Positions 21,114-29,460 of a stretch of 42,443 bases of DNA are shown here, one piece after another (position 1 is the first letter of the stretch; each line of letters opens with the position of its first letter). The notes under the pieces are model-generated. The model worked only from the letters and a program-made list of their open reading frames with translations. It was not told the origin of the DNA and made no database searches. The stretch covers positions 1 to 42,443 of IMG/VR virus record IMGVR_UViG_3300045988_096068. One strand, 5' to 3'. The position numbers were made by a program, and so were the translations under genes. Source of the DNA: a virus.

Positions 21114-21476
21114 GTGAAAACGGCAAAACCGCCCTCTCTTACTGCGGCTTGCAAAAAGTACAGCAAAGAATTGAAGGAAATCGAGGATGCGGCGAAAGCG
21201 GCAAACTGCGACACAAACTTTTTGTACCGCTCGACGCTCGACCGCTACGTCACCCAGCTGGATCTGTTGACGCAGGCACAGACGGACATGAACAAAAATG
21301 GCCTGACCGTCACGAAAGTCACGCCAAAGGGTGCCGAAATGGAAATCGCCAATCCTGCTATTCAAATCTATAACCAGACGGCCAGCGCGGCAAACTCCAC
21401 CGTTTCGACCCTGCTGCGCGTCATCCAGCAGTTCAAATTTATGGTGGCGAATGCCGGTGAGGACGATGACCTCTAA
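21114..21476 (+). CDS. terS: Terminase small subunit (P27-like)
   Basis: 120 aa with a GTG start. Its position between HNH and terL, and its helical content, are typical of P27-family small subunits. The family call is from memory. Confidence 0.75.
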   Translation: MKTAKPPSLTAACKKYSKELKEIEDAAKAANCDTNFLYRSTLDRYVTQLDLLTQAQTDMNKNGLTVTKVTPKGAEMEIANPAIQIYNQTASAANSTVSTLLRVIQQFKFMVANAGEDDDL

Positions 21477-23133
21477 CATTCCCCCGGAGATTTTGGAGTA
21501 CATCGAGCAGGTGGAGGCCGATAATCCTCGCGCCTGCCGGGAGCAGCATGCGCTTGTTGCGCTTGTGCGGCGCATTTTTGAAACAGAAGACGTTCATGTG
21601 GATACCGAGCGAATGCGGAAATATTTCCGCCTCGCCCGGTATTTTCCGTATGACAGGCTTTTTCCGTGGCAGACCTTTGTGCTGGGGCTGTGGTTGTGCA
21701 CCTACCGCGCAGATAATACCCCCCGCTTCAAAACGCTGTTTGCAATGGTGGGTCGTGGTGCGGGCAAGGACGGCGTGATCGCCATTTCTTCGGCGGCGCT
21801 CATCAGCCCATACAACCCGGTCCCGCATTACAATGTGGACATCTGCGCCAACAACGAGGAACAGGCCGTCACCCCCGTCAAAGATATCGTGGAAGCGCTG
21901 GAAAATCCGACCTGGGAAGCAAAATTGTCAAAATATTACTACCACACAAAAGAGATCCTTCGGGGTCGCAAAAACCTAGGCGAGGTCAAAGGCCGAACCA
22001 ACAACCCGAAGGGCCGTGACGGTATGCGTTCCGGTGCGGTCATCTTCAACGAGGTCCACCAATACCAAAATTACGACAACATCAAAGTCTTCGTCACCGG
22101 CCAGGGCAAAGTTGCCGAGCCGCGCGTGGGCTTTTTTACTTCCAACGGCGACGTCAGCGACGGCCCGCTGGACGACTATCTTGCACGAGGCCGCAGGATT
22201 CTGTTTGAGGGCGAGGCAGATGAGGGCTTTTTGCCGTTTATCTGCTGCCTGGATGCGAAAGACCAAGTGCACGATGAAAACAATTGGTGCATGGCAAACC
22301 CATCACTCCCCTACCTGCCCCACCTGATGCAGGAAATTCGGGACGAGTACCGCGACTGGCGGGAGCGCCCGGAACAGAACGGTGATTTCATGACGAAACG
22401 CATGGGCATCCGGGACGGTGCCAAAGAGATTGCCGTCACCGACTACGAAAAGGTCAGGGCCACCAACATCCCCCTGCCCGACCTGGCCGGGTGGAGCTGC
22501 ACGGTGGGTATCGACTACGCCGAGTTGAGCGACTGGGCGGCGGTCAACCTCCACTTCCGGCGCGGCGATAAGCGCTTCGCCATCAATCACGCCTGGATCT
22601 GCGCACAGAGCAAAACGCTGACCCGCATCAAGGCCCCGTGGAAAACGTGGTGTGATATGGGAGTGTGCACCTATGTGGACGATGTAAGCATTTCTCCGTA
22701 TCTGCTCACGGATTACATCCGGGATTCCGGGCGCATCTACAACATCAAAAAACTGGCGCTGGATAACTTCCGCTACACCATGATGGCCGAAGCGTTGCAG
22801 AGCATCGGCTTTGACGCAAAGGACAAGACCCGCGTGAAGCTAATCCGTCCCAGCGACATCATGCAGGTGGACCCGGTGATCCAGGACTGCTTCGACCGGG
22901 GCCTTTTCATCTGGGGCGATTCGCCTCAGCTGCGCTGGGCAGTCAACAACACCAAACGTGTGCGCAGCAGCCGCAGTCAGGGCGTGGATACCGGAAACTT
23001 CGTCTATGCGAAGATCGAGGCAAAATCCCGAAAAACAGACCCCTTCATGGCCTTGGTAGCTTCCATGGTCATCGAAACCGAGCTGGGCACCGGACAAGTT
23101 CAGCTCCCCAAAATCGGAGCAATATGCTGGTAA
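21466..23133 (+). CDS. terL: Terminase large subunit
   Basis: 555 aa from ATG 21466. Walker A-like MVGRGAGKDG, and length and position typical of Terminase_1-type large subunits. Confidence 0.9.
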   Translation: MTSNIPPEILEYIEQVEADNPRACREQHALVALVRRIFETEDVHVDTERMRKYFRLARYFPYDRLFPWQTFVLGLWLCTYRADNTPRFKTLFAMVGRGAGKDGVIAISSAALISPYNPVPHYNVDICANNEEQAVTPVKDIVEALENPTWEAKLSKYYYHTKEILRGRKNLGEVKGRTNNPKGRDGMRSGAVIFNEVHQYQNYDNIKVFVTGQGKVAEPRVGFFTSNGDVSDGPLDDYLARGRRILFEGEADEGFLPFICCLDAKDQVHDENNWCMANPSLPYLPHLMQEIRDEYRDWRERPEQNGDFMTKRMGIRDGAKEIAVTDYEKVRATNIPLPDLAGWSCTVGIDYAELSDWAAVNLHFRRGDKRFAINHAWICAQSKTLTRIKAPWKTWCDMGVCTYVDDVSISPYLLTDYIRDSGRIYNIKKLALDNFRYTMMAEALQSIGFDAKDKTRVKLIRPSDIMQVDPVIQDCFDRGLFIWGDSPQLRWAVNNTKRVRSSRSQGVDTGNFVYAKIEAKSRKTDPFMALVASMVIETELGTGQVQLPKIGAICW

Positions 23134-23145
23134 GGAGTTCAAACC

Positions 23146-24399
23146 ATGTCATTTTCCGAAAAAGTAAAAGAGTTCTTGGGATTTCAGAAATCCGATGGGC
23201 TCAAGCTCCCCGCGCAGCATGTGGATGAGACCAATGTGCCTATCAACGCCTCGGCTGTAAAAAACTCCCTTGCCGACTGGATGACCTGTTGGGAGGAATA
23301 CCGCCTGAGGGATCTGGCGTTCAATTGCTGCGTGAACCTCATCGCAAAAGCCATTGCAAACTGCGAGTTCAAGACGTTCGAGCGCGGACAGGCCGTTAAA
23401 AAAGATTACTATTACATGCTCAACGTGGAGCCGAACGTCAACGAAAACAGCACGGCGTTCTGGCAAAAGGTCGTCTACCGGCTCTATAAAAATAATGAGG
23501 CGATGATCCTTGCCACCCAGCGCGGCGGCATGCTGAATCTGGTCGTGGCAGACAGCTGGACGAAGCCGGAATACTTTCCGACAGCGGAAAACATCTACCG
23601 GCAGATTCAGGTGGGCGATGAACCGTACACCCGCGACCTGAAGGAAAGCGAGGTCATCCACCTTGTGCTCAACAGCGCCGATGCAAAGGCGGTGGTGGAT
23701 GCGCTCTATACCAGTTACAACAAGCTGCTGGAAGCGAGCATGAAAAATCACAGCTGGAATGCTGGCCAGCACATGAAAGTGCATGTTTCGCAGGTCAATT
23801 CCGGGCAGGACAATTTCGAGGAGCTGTTTGCGCAGCGGTTGAACCAGCAGTACAAGCCGTTCCTGCAAAATGATTTTGGCATTCTGCCGGAATTTGATGG
23901 TTACGACTTTCAGCAGTTCTCGGAATCAGGCAAGACCGGCGACACGCGGGATATCCGGGCGCTTGTGGACGACATTTTTTCTTTCACGGCGCGGGGGTTC
24001 GGCATCCCTCCCGTCCTGGTTCAGGGCGAAGTTGCCGGGATCAGCGACGTAGTCACGCATTGGCTCACAACCTGCATCGACCCGCTGGCGGCACAGATCA
24101 GCGAAGAGCTGAACCGCAAGCTGTATGGACGCCGAGTCTGGCAGCGCGGCGACCGCGTGAACGTGGATACCTCGACCATCCAGCATTTCGACATCCTGAG
24201 CAATGCGGACAAGATTGAAAAAATCGTGGAAAGCGCGGCATGGAGCATCAACGAGCTGCGTGAAAAGGTTGGAGATTCCACCATTACAGAGGACTGGGCA
24301 AACATCCATTGGATGACCAAAAACATTGCAACGGTAGAAGCTATTGCTCGCAATGCCGCGACCGAAGCCAACCAAAAGGAGGACAAGAACAGTGCCTAA
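23146..24399 (+). CDS. Portal protein (HK97 family-like)
   Basis: 417 aa with RBS AAGGAG. It lies between terL and the ClpP-type prohead protease. Confidence 0.85.
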   Translation: MSFSEKVKEFLGFQKSDGLKLPAQHVDETNVPINASAVKNSLADWMTCWEEYRLRDLAFNCCVNLIAKAIANCEFKTFERGQAVKKDYYYMLNVEPNVNENSTAFWQKVVYRLYKNNEAMILATQRGGMLNLVVADSWTKPEYFPTAENIYRQIQVGDEPYTRDLKESEVIHLVLNSADAKAVVDALYTSYNKLLEASMKNHSWNAGQHMKVHVSQVNSGQDNFEELFAQRLNQQYKPFLQNDFGILPEFDGYDFQQFSESGKTGDTRDIRALVDDIFSFTARGFGIPPVLVQGEVAGISDVVTHWLTTCIDPLAAQISEELNRKLYGRRVWQRGDRVNVDTSTIQHFDILSNADKIEKIVESAAWSINELREKVGDSTITEDWANIHWMTKNIATVEAIARNAATEANQKEDKNSA

Positions 24400-25078
24400 A
24401 CCGTATTTTGATATGCAGCAGAGCGGCGAGGAAGCCAACATCTATATTTTTGGCGACATTACCAGTTTCCGGTGCATCGAAAATGATGTCAGCGCCTATC
24501 ACCTGGCCAACCAGCTGGAGCAGGCCGGGAACCTTGCCGAGATCAACGTCCATGTGGACAGCTATGGCGGCGAGGTCTCGGAAGGCTTTGCGATTTACAA
24601 CGCCCTGCGGGCCAAAAACGCACAGATCACGACCTACGCCGACGGATTTGTGGCCAGCGCGGCCATCTACCCGTATCTGGCCGGTACGCAGCGCATCGCC
24701 AACAATGTGAGCGCATTTTATTTCCACCCCGTCATTGGCGGCACCTACGGATATTCCGAAGACCTCCGCGAGGCTGCGGATGAACTGGACAAGCTGACCG
24801 AGATCGGCCTGGGTGCGTTTACAAACGCGGGCATGAAGGAGCAGGCGGCGCGGGACCTCATCAACAGCAAAACGTGGTACAGCCCCGAAGCTGTGCTGGA
24901 AATGGGCCTTGCCACCAGCATCCAGAAGGGTGTGCGCGGCGACGAGGCCACCCAGAGTGTGCACGACATGCTCATCCGTCAAACGCTGGCCGTTCCATCC
25001 CCGGCACTTAAAAAGCCGCCCCAGGAACCGCCCGCTCCACCCCAGAACAACCTGCTGAGCTTGTTTTCGAAGCTCTGA
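24392..25078 (+). CDS. ClpP-family prohead (head maturation) protease
   Basis: IYIFGDI...VHVDSYGGEVSEGFAIYNALRA...ADGFVASAAIYPYLAG (S14/ClpP motifs). The start was chosen at GTG 24392 after AAAGGAGG. Confidence 0.85.
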   Translation: MPKPYFDMQQSGEEANIYIFGDITSFRCIENDVSAYHLANQLEQAGNLAEINVHVDSYGGEVSEGFAIYNALRAKNAQITTYADGFVASAAIYPYLAGTQRIANNVSAFYFHPVIGGTYGYSEDLREAADELDKLTEIGLGAFTNAGMKEQAARDLINSKTWYSPEAVLEMGLATSIQKGVRGDEATQSVHDMLIRQTLAVPSPALKKPPQEPPAPPQNNLLSLFSKL

Positions 25079-25087
25079 CCAAACCGT

Positions 25088-25118
25088 AAAGGCGTGTCCA
25101 AACTGGACACGCCTTTTT
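25088..25118. terminator. Hairpin terminator GGCGTGTCCA-AAC-TGGACACGCC, related to the 17-bp palindrome (copy E)
   Basis: 10-bp stem flanked by AAA and TTTTT. Confidence 0.65.
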
Positions 25119-25143
25119 GAATACCCAAAAAGGAGACATCAAC

Positions 25144-26631
25144 ATGAATCTGAAAGACATGTACCAGAAGAATCAGAAACTGTCTGATCTGCGCCAGCGG
25201 CTGGCCGCTGCCATCAAAGACAACAAGCCCGACGAACTGTCTGACGTCTTTTCGGAGATGTGCCAGACCATCGGCGACATCAATGCGGAGGAGTACGAAG
25301 CCCAGCTGAACGGTCTGAGGCAGCAGCTCGACAACTCTGCTCTGTATGCGCGCGGCATCCGGCAGCTGACCACGGAAGAGAAGGAATACTACCAGAAGAT
25401 CAGCGACGCCATGCGCAGCGAGAACCCGAAGCAGGCCCTCGAAAACGTGAGTGTCGTTTTCCCGCAGACCATCATCTCCCGCGTCATGGAAGACCTGACC
25501 GAGAGCCATCCTCTGCTGAGCAAGATCCAGTTCACCCCGACCGGCGGCGCCATCCGGATGATGCTGAACACCGACGGTCGCCACAAGGCCGCATGGGGTA
25601 AGCTGTGCGCAAAGATTATCGAGGAGCTGACCTCCGGCTTCAAGGAAGTTGACGTCGGCCTGTACAAGCTCTCTGCGTTCATCCCGGTCTGCAAGGCTCA
25701 GCTGGACCTCGGCCCCGAATGGCTGGACCGCTATATCCGCGCCATCCTGGCCGAAGCACTCGCCAACGGCCTGGAAGACGGCATCGTGATGGGCGACGGC
25801 AACGACAAGCCCATCGGCATGATCCGCGATGTGAGCGAGAGTGCTTCCGTTGTCGGCGGCGCATACCCCGAAAAAGCCAAGATCAAGGTCTCGGATTTCG
25901 AGCCCACCACCATGGGTAAGCTGGTCGCTCTGCTGGCCGTCACCCCGAACGGCAAGGACCGCAACCCGGATGACCTCATTTTGCTGGTCAACCCGCAGGA
26001 TTACTACGAAAAGGTCATGCCCGCCACCACGATCCGCACCCCGGACGGCACCTATCGCAACAACGTCCTGCCCTACCCTGCCACCATCATCCCGGTTTCT
26101 GCTCTGCCGCGCGGTCAGGCCGTGTTCGGCGTGGGCCGGCTGTACTTTGCAGCCGTCGGCATGAACAAGGGCGGTCGGCTGGAGTATGACGACTCCTATC
26201 GTTTCCTGGAGGACGAGCGCGTCTACCTTATCAAGCTGTATGCGAACGGCTTCCCGGTGGACAACAATGCTTTCCTGAACCTCGACATTTCCGGCCTGCG
26301 CCCGCTGCATTACAAGGTCGAGACCGTCACCTCTCCTACCCCGTCCGCTGACGCCAACCTGGCCTCCCTGAAGCTGGGCAACCTGACCCTGACCCCGGCC
26401 TTCAGCGCGACCACTGCCAGCTACACTGCAACAACCGATACGGCCTCCAATGTCATCACTGCCACCCCCGCAAACGCCGGTGCGACCGTACAGGTCAAGG
26501 TCGGCAGCAAGATCATCGAGAACGGCAAGTCTGCCACCTGGGCCGAAGGCTCCAACACGGTGACCATCAACGTGACGGCGGAAGACGGCACGACCACCAA
26601 GGCTTACACCGTCACCGTCACTAAGTCCTGA
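25144..26631 (+). CDS. Major capsid protein (HK97 fold) with a C-terminal cadherin-like/Ig-like beta-sandwich domain
   Basis: 495 aa from ATG 25144 after AAAGGAGA. The head-module position supports the call. The C-terminal about 95 aa (ANLASLKLGNLTLTPAFSATTASYTATT...TVTINVTAEDGTTTKAYTVTVTKS) match the cadherin-like beta-sandwich pattern. Confidence 0.85.
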   Translation: MNLKDMYQKNQKLSDLRQRLAAAIKDNKPDELSDVFSEMCQTIGDINAEEYEAQLNGLRQQLDNSALYARGIRQLTTEEKEYYQKISDAMRSENPKQALENVSVVFPQTIISRVMEDLTESHPLLSKIQFTPTGGAIRMMLNTDGRHKAAWGKLCAKIIEELTSGFKEVDVGLYKLSAFIPVCKAQLDLGPEWLDRYIRAILAEALANGLEDGIVMGDGNDKPIGMIRDVSESASVVGGAYPEKAKIKVSDFEPTTMGKLVALLAVTPNGKDRNPDDLILLVNPQDYYEKVMPATTIRTPDGTYRNNVLPYPATIIPVSALPRGQAVFGVGRLYFAAVGMNKGGRLEYDDSYRFLEDERVYLIKLYANGFPVDNNAFLNLDISGLRPLHYKVETVTSPTPSADANLASLKLGNLTLTPAFSATTASYTATTDTASNVITATPANAGATVQVKVGSKIIENGKSATWAEGSNTVTINVTAEDGTTTKAYTVTVTKS

Positions 26632-26635
26632 CCTT

Positions 26636-26965
26636 ATGACGACCGTATGGGATGGCATCCGGGACGTGCTGCTCCCAGATATCAAGACCTATCTCGACAT
26701 CACATGGGATGACGACGCAGTGGACACGAAGGTCTGGAACCTTACCGTGGGCGGTATGTCCTATCTGGACGGCAAGATCGGCGAGCCACAGGACTACACC
26801 GCGCCCGGTCTGCACCGGGACCTGCTCATGGATTACGTCCGCTACGCCCGCGACGGCGCGGCGGATATCTTTGAGAACAATTACCGTCATCTCATTCTAG
26901 CAGCGCAAAACGAAAGGCGGGTGAGCGCTTATGCCGCGCAAAATGCCGACCAGACCAACGAATGA
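26636..26965 (+). CDS. Head-tail connector protein (gp6-like)
   Basis: 109 aa, immediately after the capsid gene. YLDITWDDD...YVRYARDG is typical of this family (from memory). Confidence 0.7.
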   Translation: MTTVWDGIRDVLLPDIKTYLDITWDDDAVDTKVWNLTVGGMSYLDGKIGEPQDYTAPGLHRDLLMDYVRYARDGAADIFENNYRHLILAAQNERRVSAYAAQNADQTNE

Positions 26966-27329
26966 CATCTCGCAGAACTTCAACGCAGGCGTTTTGGCCG
27001 TTTTTTCGACCGAGGACGTCGCCGATGTCGGCCACCAACCCAAAATCAAGCTGAAAAGGAAGCTCTCGGCCTGCTACGAAGAGCAGCGGCTCGGCATCAA
27101 CCGGCTGTATCTCAGCCGCCAGAACCTTGCGGAGATCGTCCGCGTGGTGCGGGTGCCGCGCGCACCGGTGCAGATCAGCAGCCAGGACGTGGCCCGGACC
27201 GAAGACGGCCAGTATTATCGCATCGACACGGTTCAGGTGGTGGAAAACTGCCACCCGCCCTCGATGGATATCAGCCTGCGGGCCGTCGAGGAAGATTTCG
27301 ACGACCGCCTGAAGGAGGATGGAAAATGA
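26931..27329 (+). CDS. Head closure / head-tail adaptor protein
   Basis: Supported by position and size. RIDTVQVVEN... resembles SPP1 gp16-type head closure proteins. The start is uncertain (26931 or 26943). Confidence 0.65.
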   Translation: MPRKMPTRPTNDISQNFNAGVLAVFSTEDVADVGHQPKIKLKRKLSACYEEQRLGINRLYLSRQNLAEIVRVVRVPRAPVQISSQDVARTEDGQYYRIDTVQVVENCHPPSMDISLRAVEEDFDDRLKEDGK

Positions 27330-27679
27330 CGTGGAGCGAGTGCATCATCGCAGCCCATACCGCCGTCACCGACCAGGTGAGCCATGGCGGGCGGATGAAA
27401 TCCAAGCGGTACTTCGTCTGGCAGGAGAGCAAGCCCCGCGATCTGATCGCGGACGGCATCCACTGCGAGCGCATCCATCGCGGCTCGACCAGCCTGTACA
27501 CGCCCCTTGAGTTTGACCCGTGGGCGGACCAATTTGAGCAGTCTCTTAACAGCCGCAGCAACATTGCATGGAGCTGCGAAGGCAAATGGCCGGATGAAGG
27601 AAATACCCGCATCTGGCATTATGAGTGGAAGTGGGAGGTGGTGGAAAATGGCGAAGATCACAGCACCGAAAGCATCTGA
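27326..27679 (+). CDS. Neck / tail-completion module protein (hypothetical)
   Basis: 117-aa ORF with RBS GGAGGA, lying between the head closure protein and the HK97 gp10-like protein. Confidence 0.55.
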   Translation: MTWSECIIAAHTAVTDQVSHGGRMKSKRYFVWQESKPRDLIADGIHCERIHRGSTSLYTPLEFDPWADQFEQSLNSRSNIAWSCEGKWPDEGNTRIWHYEWKWEVVENGEDHSTESI

Positions 27680-28169
27680 GTACATCCGCAATCTGAAGAC
27701 GCTGGAGGACCACACAGACGCACTGTGCAAAATGGCCGTCTATGCGGGCGCGAAGGTCGCGGCGGATGCAATCAATGCGGCGATTGATAACATCACAGTC
27801 CACAATCTGCCCCCCGGAAAAACCTATTACTACCTGAAGGAAGAGGACCAAAAAGCGGGCGTAATGCTGGACGGCGTGACAAAGGCTCAGGCCAATGGGC
27901 TCAAAAAGGGCCTTGGTATCGCCGTCATGGAGTACAAAGGCAAGGCATGGAATACTATAGTCGGCTTTGATGGGTACAACGACGTCAAAACCGAGACCTA
28001 CCCCAACGGCCAGCCGAATGCTCTGATCGCCCGCAGTGTCGAGAGCGGCAGCACGATCCGCAACGCAACACCTTTTATTGCCCCCGCCGTTGAAAGCATC
28101 ATGAAAGATGCCGAAAACGCAATGCAGATCACGGTCGAGAATAAGATCGCGGCCTTGATGAAAGAATGA
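27648..28169 (+). CDS. HK97 gp10-family neck/tail protein
   Basis: IARSVESGSTIRNATPFIAPA matches the gp10-family signature (from memory). The start was chosen at ATG 27648. Confidence 0.65.
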   Translation: MAKITAPKASEYIRNLKTLEDHTDALCKMAVYAGAKVAADAINAAIDNITVHNLPPGKTYYYLKEEDQKAGVMLDGVTKAQANGLKKGLGIAVMEYKGKAWNTIVGFDGYNDVKTETYPNGQPNALIARSVESGSTIRNATPFIAPAVESIMKDAENAMQITVENKIAALMKE

Positions 28170-28176
28170 TGCCCGG

Positions 28177-28211
28177 AAGGTGTCCACAGTGGACACCTTC
28201 TTCTTTTTTTA
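28177..28211. terminator. 23-bp perfect palindrome AAGGTGTCCACAGTGGACACCTT (copy C) plus T-run
   Basis: Palindrome at 28177..28199 followed by CTTCTTTTTTTA. It lies between the neck genes and the major tail gene. Confidence 0.65.
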
Positions 28212-28226
28212 TTTGGAGGAAAAAAC

Positions 28227-28847
28227 ATGCCTGAGAATCCGAAAAGCATTGTGACGACCGGTTTTTCAAACATCCATGTCGCGCTGTATGCAGCCGACGG
28301 TGGGAACGTCACTTACACCGGCGTCCGCAAGCTGGGCCGCTCGGTGAGCATGAGCACCGATATCTCGACCAGCGATGATAACAACTTCTACGCCGACGAC
28401 CGGCTGGCCGAGACCGAGACCGGCTCCGCCTTCACGGACGGTTCCGGCACCATGACCATTGACGGCCTGAGCCCGGACGACGAAGCCTTCCTCATGGGCC
28501 TGAAGGCGGGCAACCCTGTGCAGGTGGACAGCAGCAACAGCGTTGAGACTCTGGAGTATGGTGCAGAGATGGAGCCGCCTTACATCGGCATCGGTGCCGT
28601 GAAAAAGGTCCAGCGGGACGGCAAGAGCTACTGGGGCGCCATGGTTCTGGCAAAATGCCGCTGCAAGGTGCCCGGTGACGACGCCACCACGCAGGAAGAT
28701 CAGATCGACTGGCAGACCCAGGACATCGACTTCACTATCATGCGGGACGACAGCGCGAAGAACCGTTGGAAGATCATCCCGAAGACCCTGTTCACGACCG
28801 AAAGCGCGGCGGTGGCCTTTGTCAAGAAAGCTCTGGGAGGCGAATAA
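28227..28847 (+). CDS. Major tail protein
   Basis: 206 aa with RBS GGAGGA. It lies directly upstream of the G/GT chaperone pair and the tape measure gene. Confidence 0.8.
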   Translation: MPENPKSIVTTGFSNIHVALYAADGGNVTYTGVRKLGRSVSMSTDISTSDDNNFYADDRLAETETGSAFTDGSGTMTIDGLSPDDEAFLMGLKAGNPVQVDSSNSVETLEYGAEMEPPYIGIGAVKKVQRDGKSYWGAMVLAKCRCKVPGDDATTQEDQIDWQTQDIDFTIMRDDSAKNRWKIIPKTLFTTESAAVAFVKKALGGE

Positions 28848-28850
28848 CGG

Positions 28851-29270
28851 ATGAACGACAAGTATGTTGTGTGGACGAATATCAAGGGCAAGAAATTTCC
28901 GCTCTGTCTGACCATCGGGGCGGCGGATGTGCTGGAAAAAACGTTTGGCAATGTCAACGCGGTCGTGGAGAGCGTCACCGCTCACGCCGACAAGCAGGAA
29001 CTGGCCGAAATGATGCGCGTGATCCTGACCGTGCTGCGCCCGCTGGCGGAAGCTGGCAAGGCGTATCTCGCCGCAAGCGCTTCGTTTTCCGGCGAAAAGC
29101 CGAAAAACACCGAAGACCTTCCGGCAGATGATGTTCTTCAGGCGATTTTGTCCGGTACTGAGATCGTCGAGCTCTGGGCCGACGTTGCCATGGCTCTGCG
29201 CGGCGGGTCCTCCCGCGATGTGGAGGTCGCAACGGATAACAACCCAAAAAACGGCGAAACCGCCATGTGA
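28851..29270 (+). CDS. Tail assembly chaperone (G-like)
   Basis: 139 aa, between the major tail and tape measure genes. It has a slippery site near its 3' end. Confidence 0.8.
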   Translation: MNDKYVVWTNIKGKKFPLCLTIGAADVLEKTFGNVNAVVESVTAHADKQELAEMMRVILTVLRPLAEAGKAYLAASASFSGEKPKNTEDLPADDVLQAILSGTEIVELWADVAMALRGGSSRDVEVATDNNPKNGETAM

Positions 29271-29446
29271 TCCGGCTGAATACCACATGGTATCTGTATT
29301 ACGGCCGAAAGCTCGGCATGACAGAACGCGAAGTTCTCGCCTGCCCGCTTGGCCGAATGCTGGATTATATGGCGTGTATGCAGATCGAGAACGGTGCAGA
29401 CCAGAAAGTCTATGCCGATCTCGATGCGCTGGCGGCGATACGATGA
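28851..29446 (+). CDS. Tail assembly chaperone G-T fusion made by a -1 frameshift
   Basis: The -1 frame is open from 29240 to TGA 29444..29446 and reads protein-like (IRLNTTWYLYYGRKLGMTEREVLACPLGRMLDYMACMQIENG...). Confidence 0.7.
29243..29249 (+). promoter_or_regulatory. Canonical -1 slippery heptamer C CCA AAA
   Basis: The zero-frame codons are AAC CCA AAA. This fits X XXY YYZ with X=C and Y=A, and lies 19 nt before the G stop codon. Confidence 0.7.
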
Positions 29447-29460
29447 GGAGGTGGTAGCGC

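Noticed and set aside
24979-26685. 568-aa ORF on the minus strand, the longest antisense ORF in the window
   Set aside because: It lies exactly antisense to the well-supported capsid gene. Its composition is Gly/Arg/Ala/Val-rich and low in complexity, and it has no RBS. It is a typical shadow ORF of GC-rich coding DNA.
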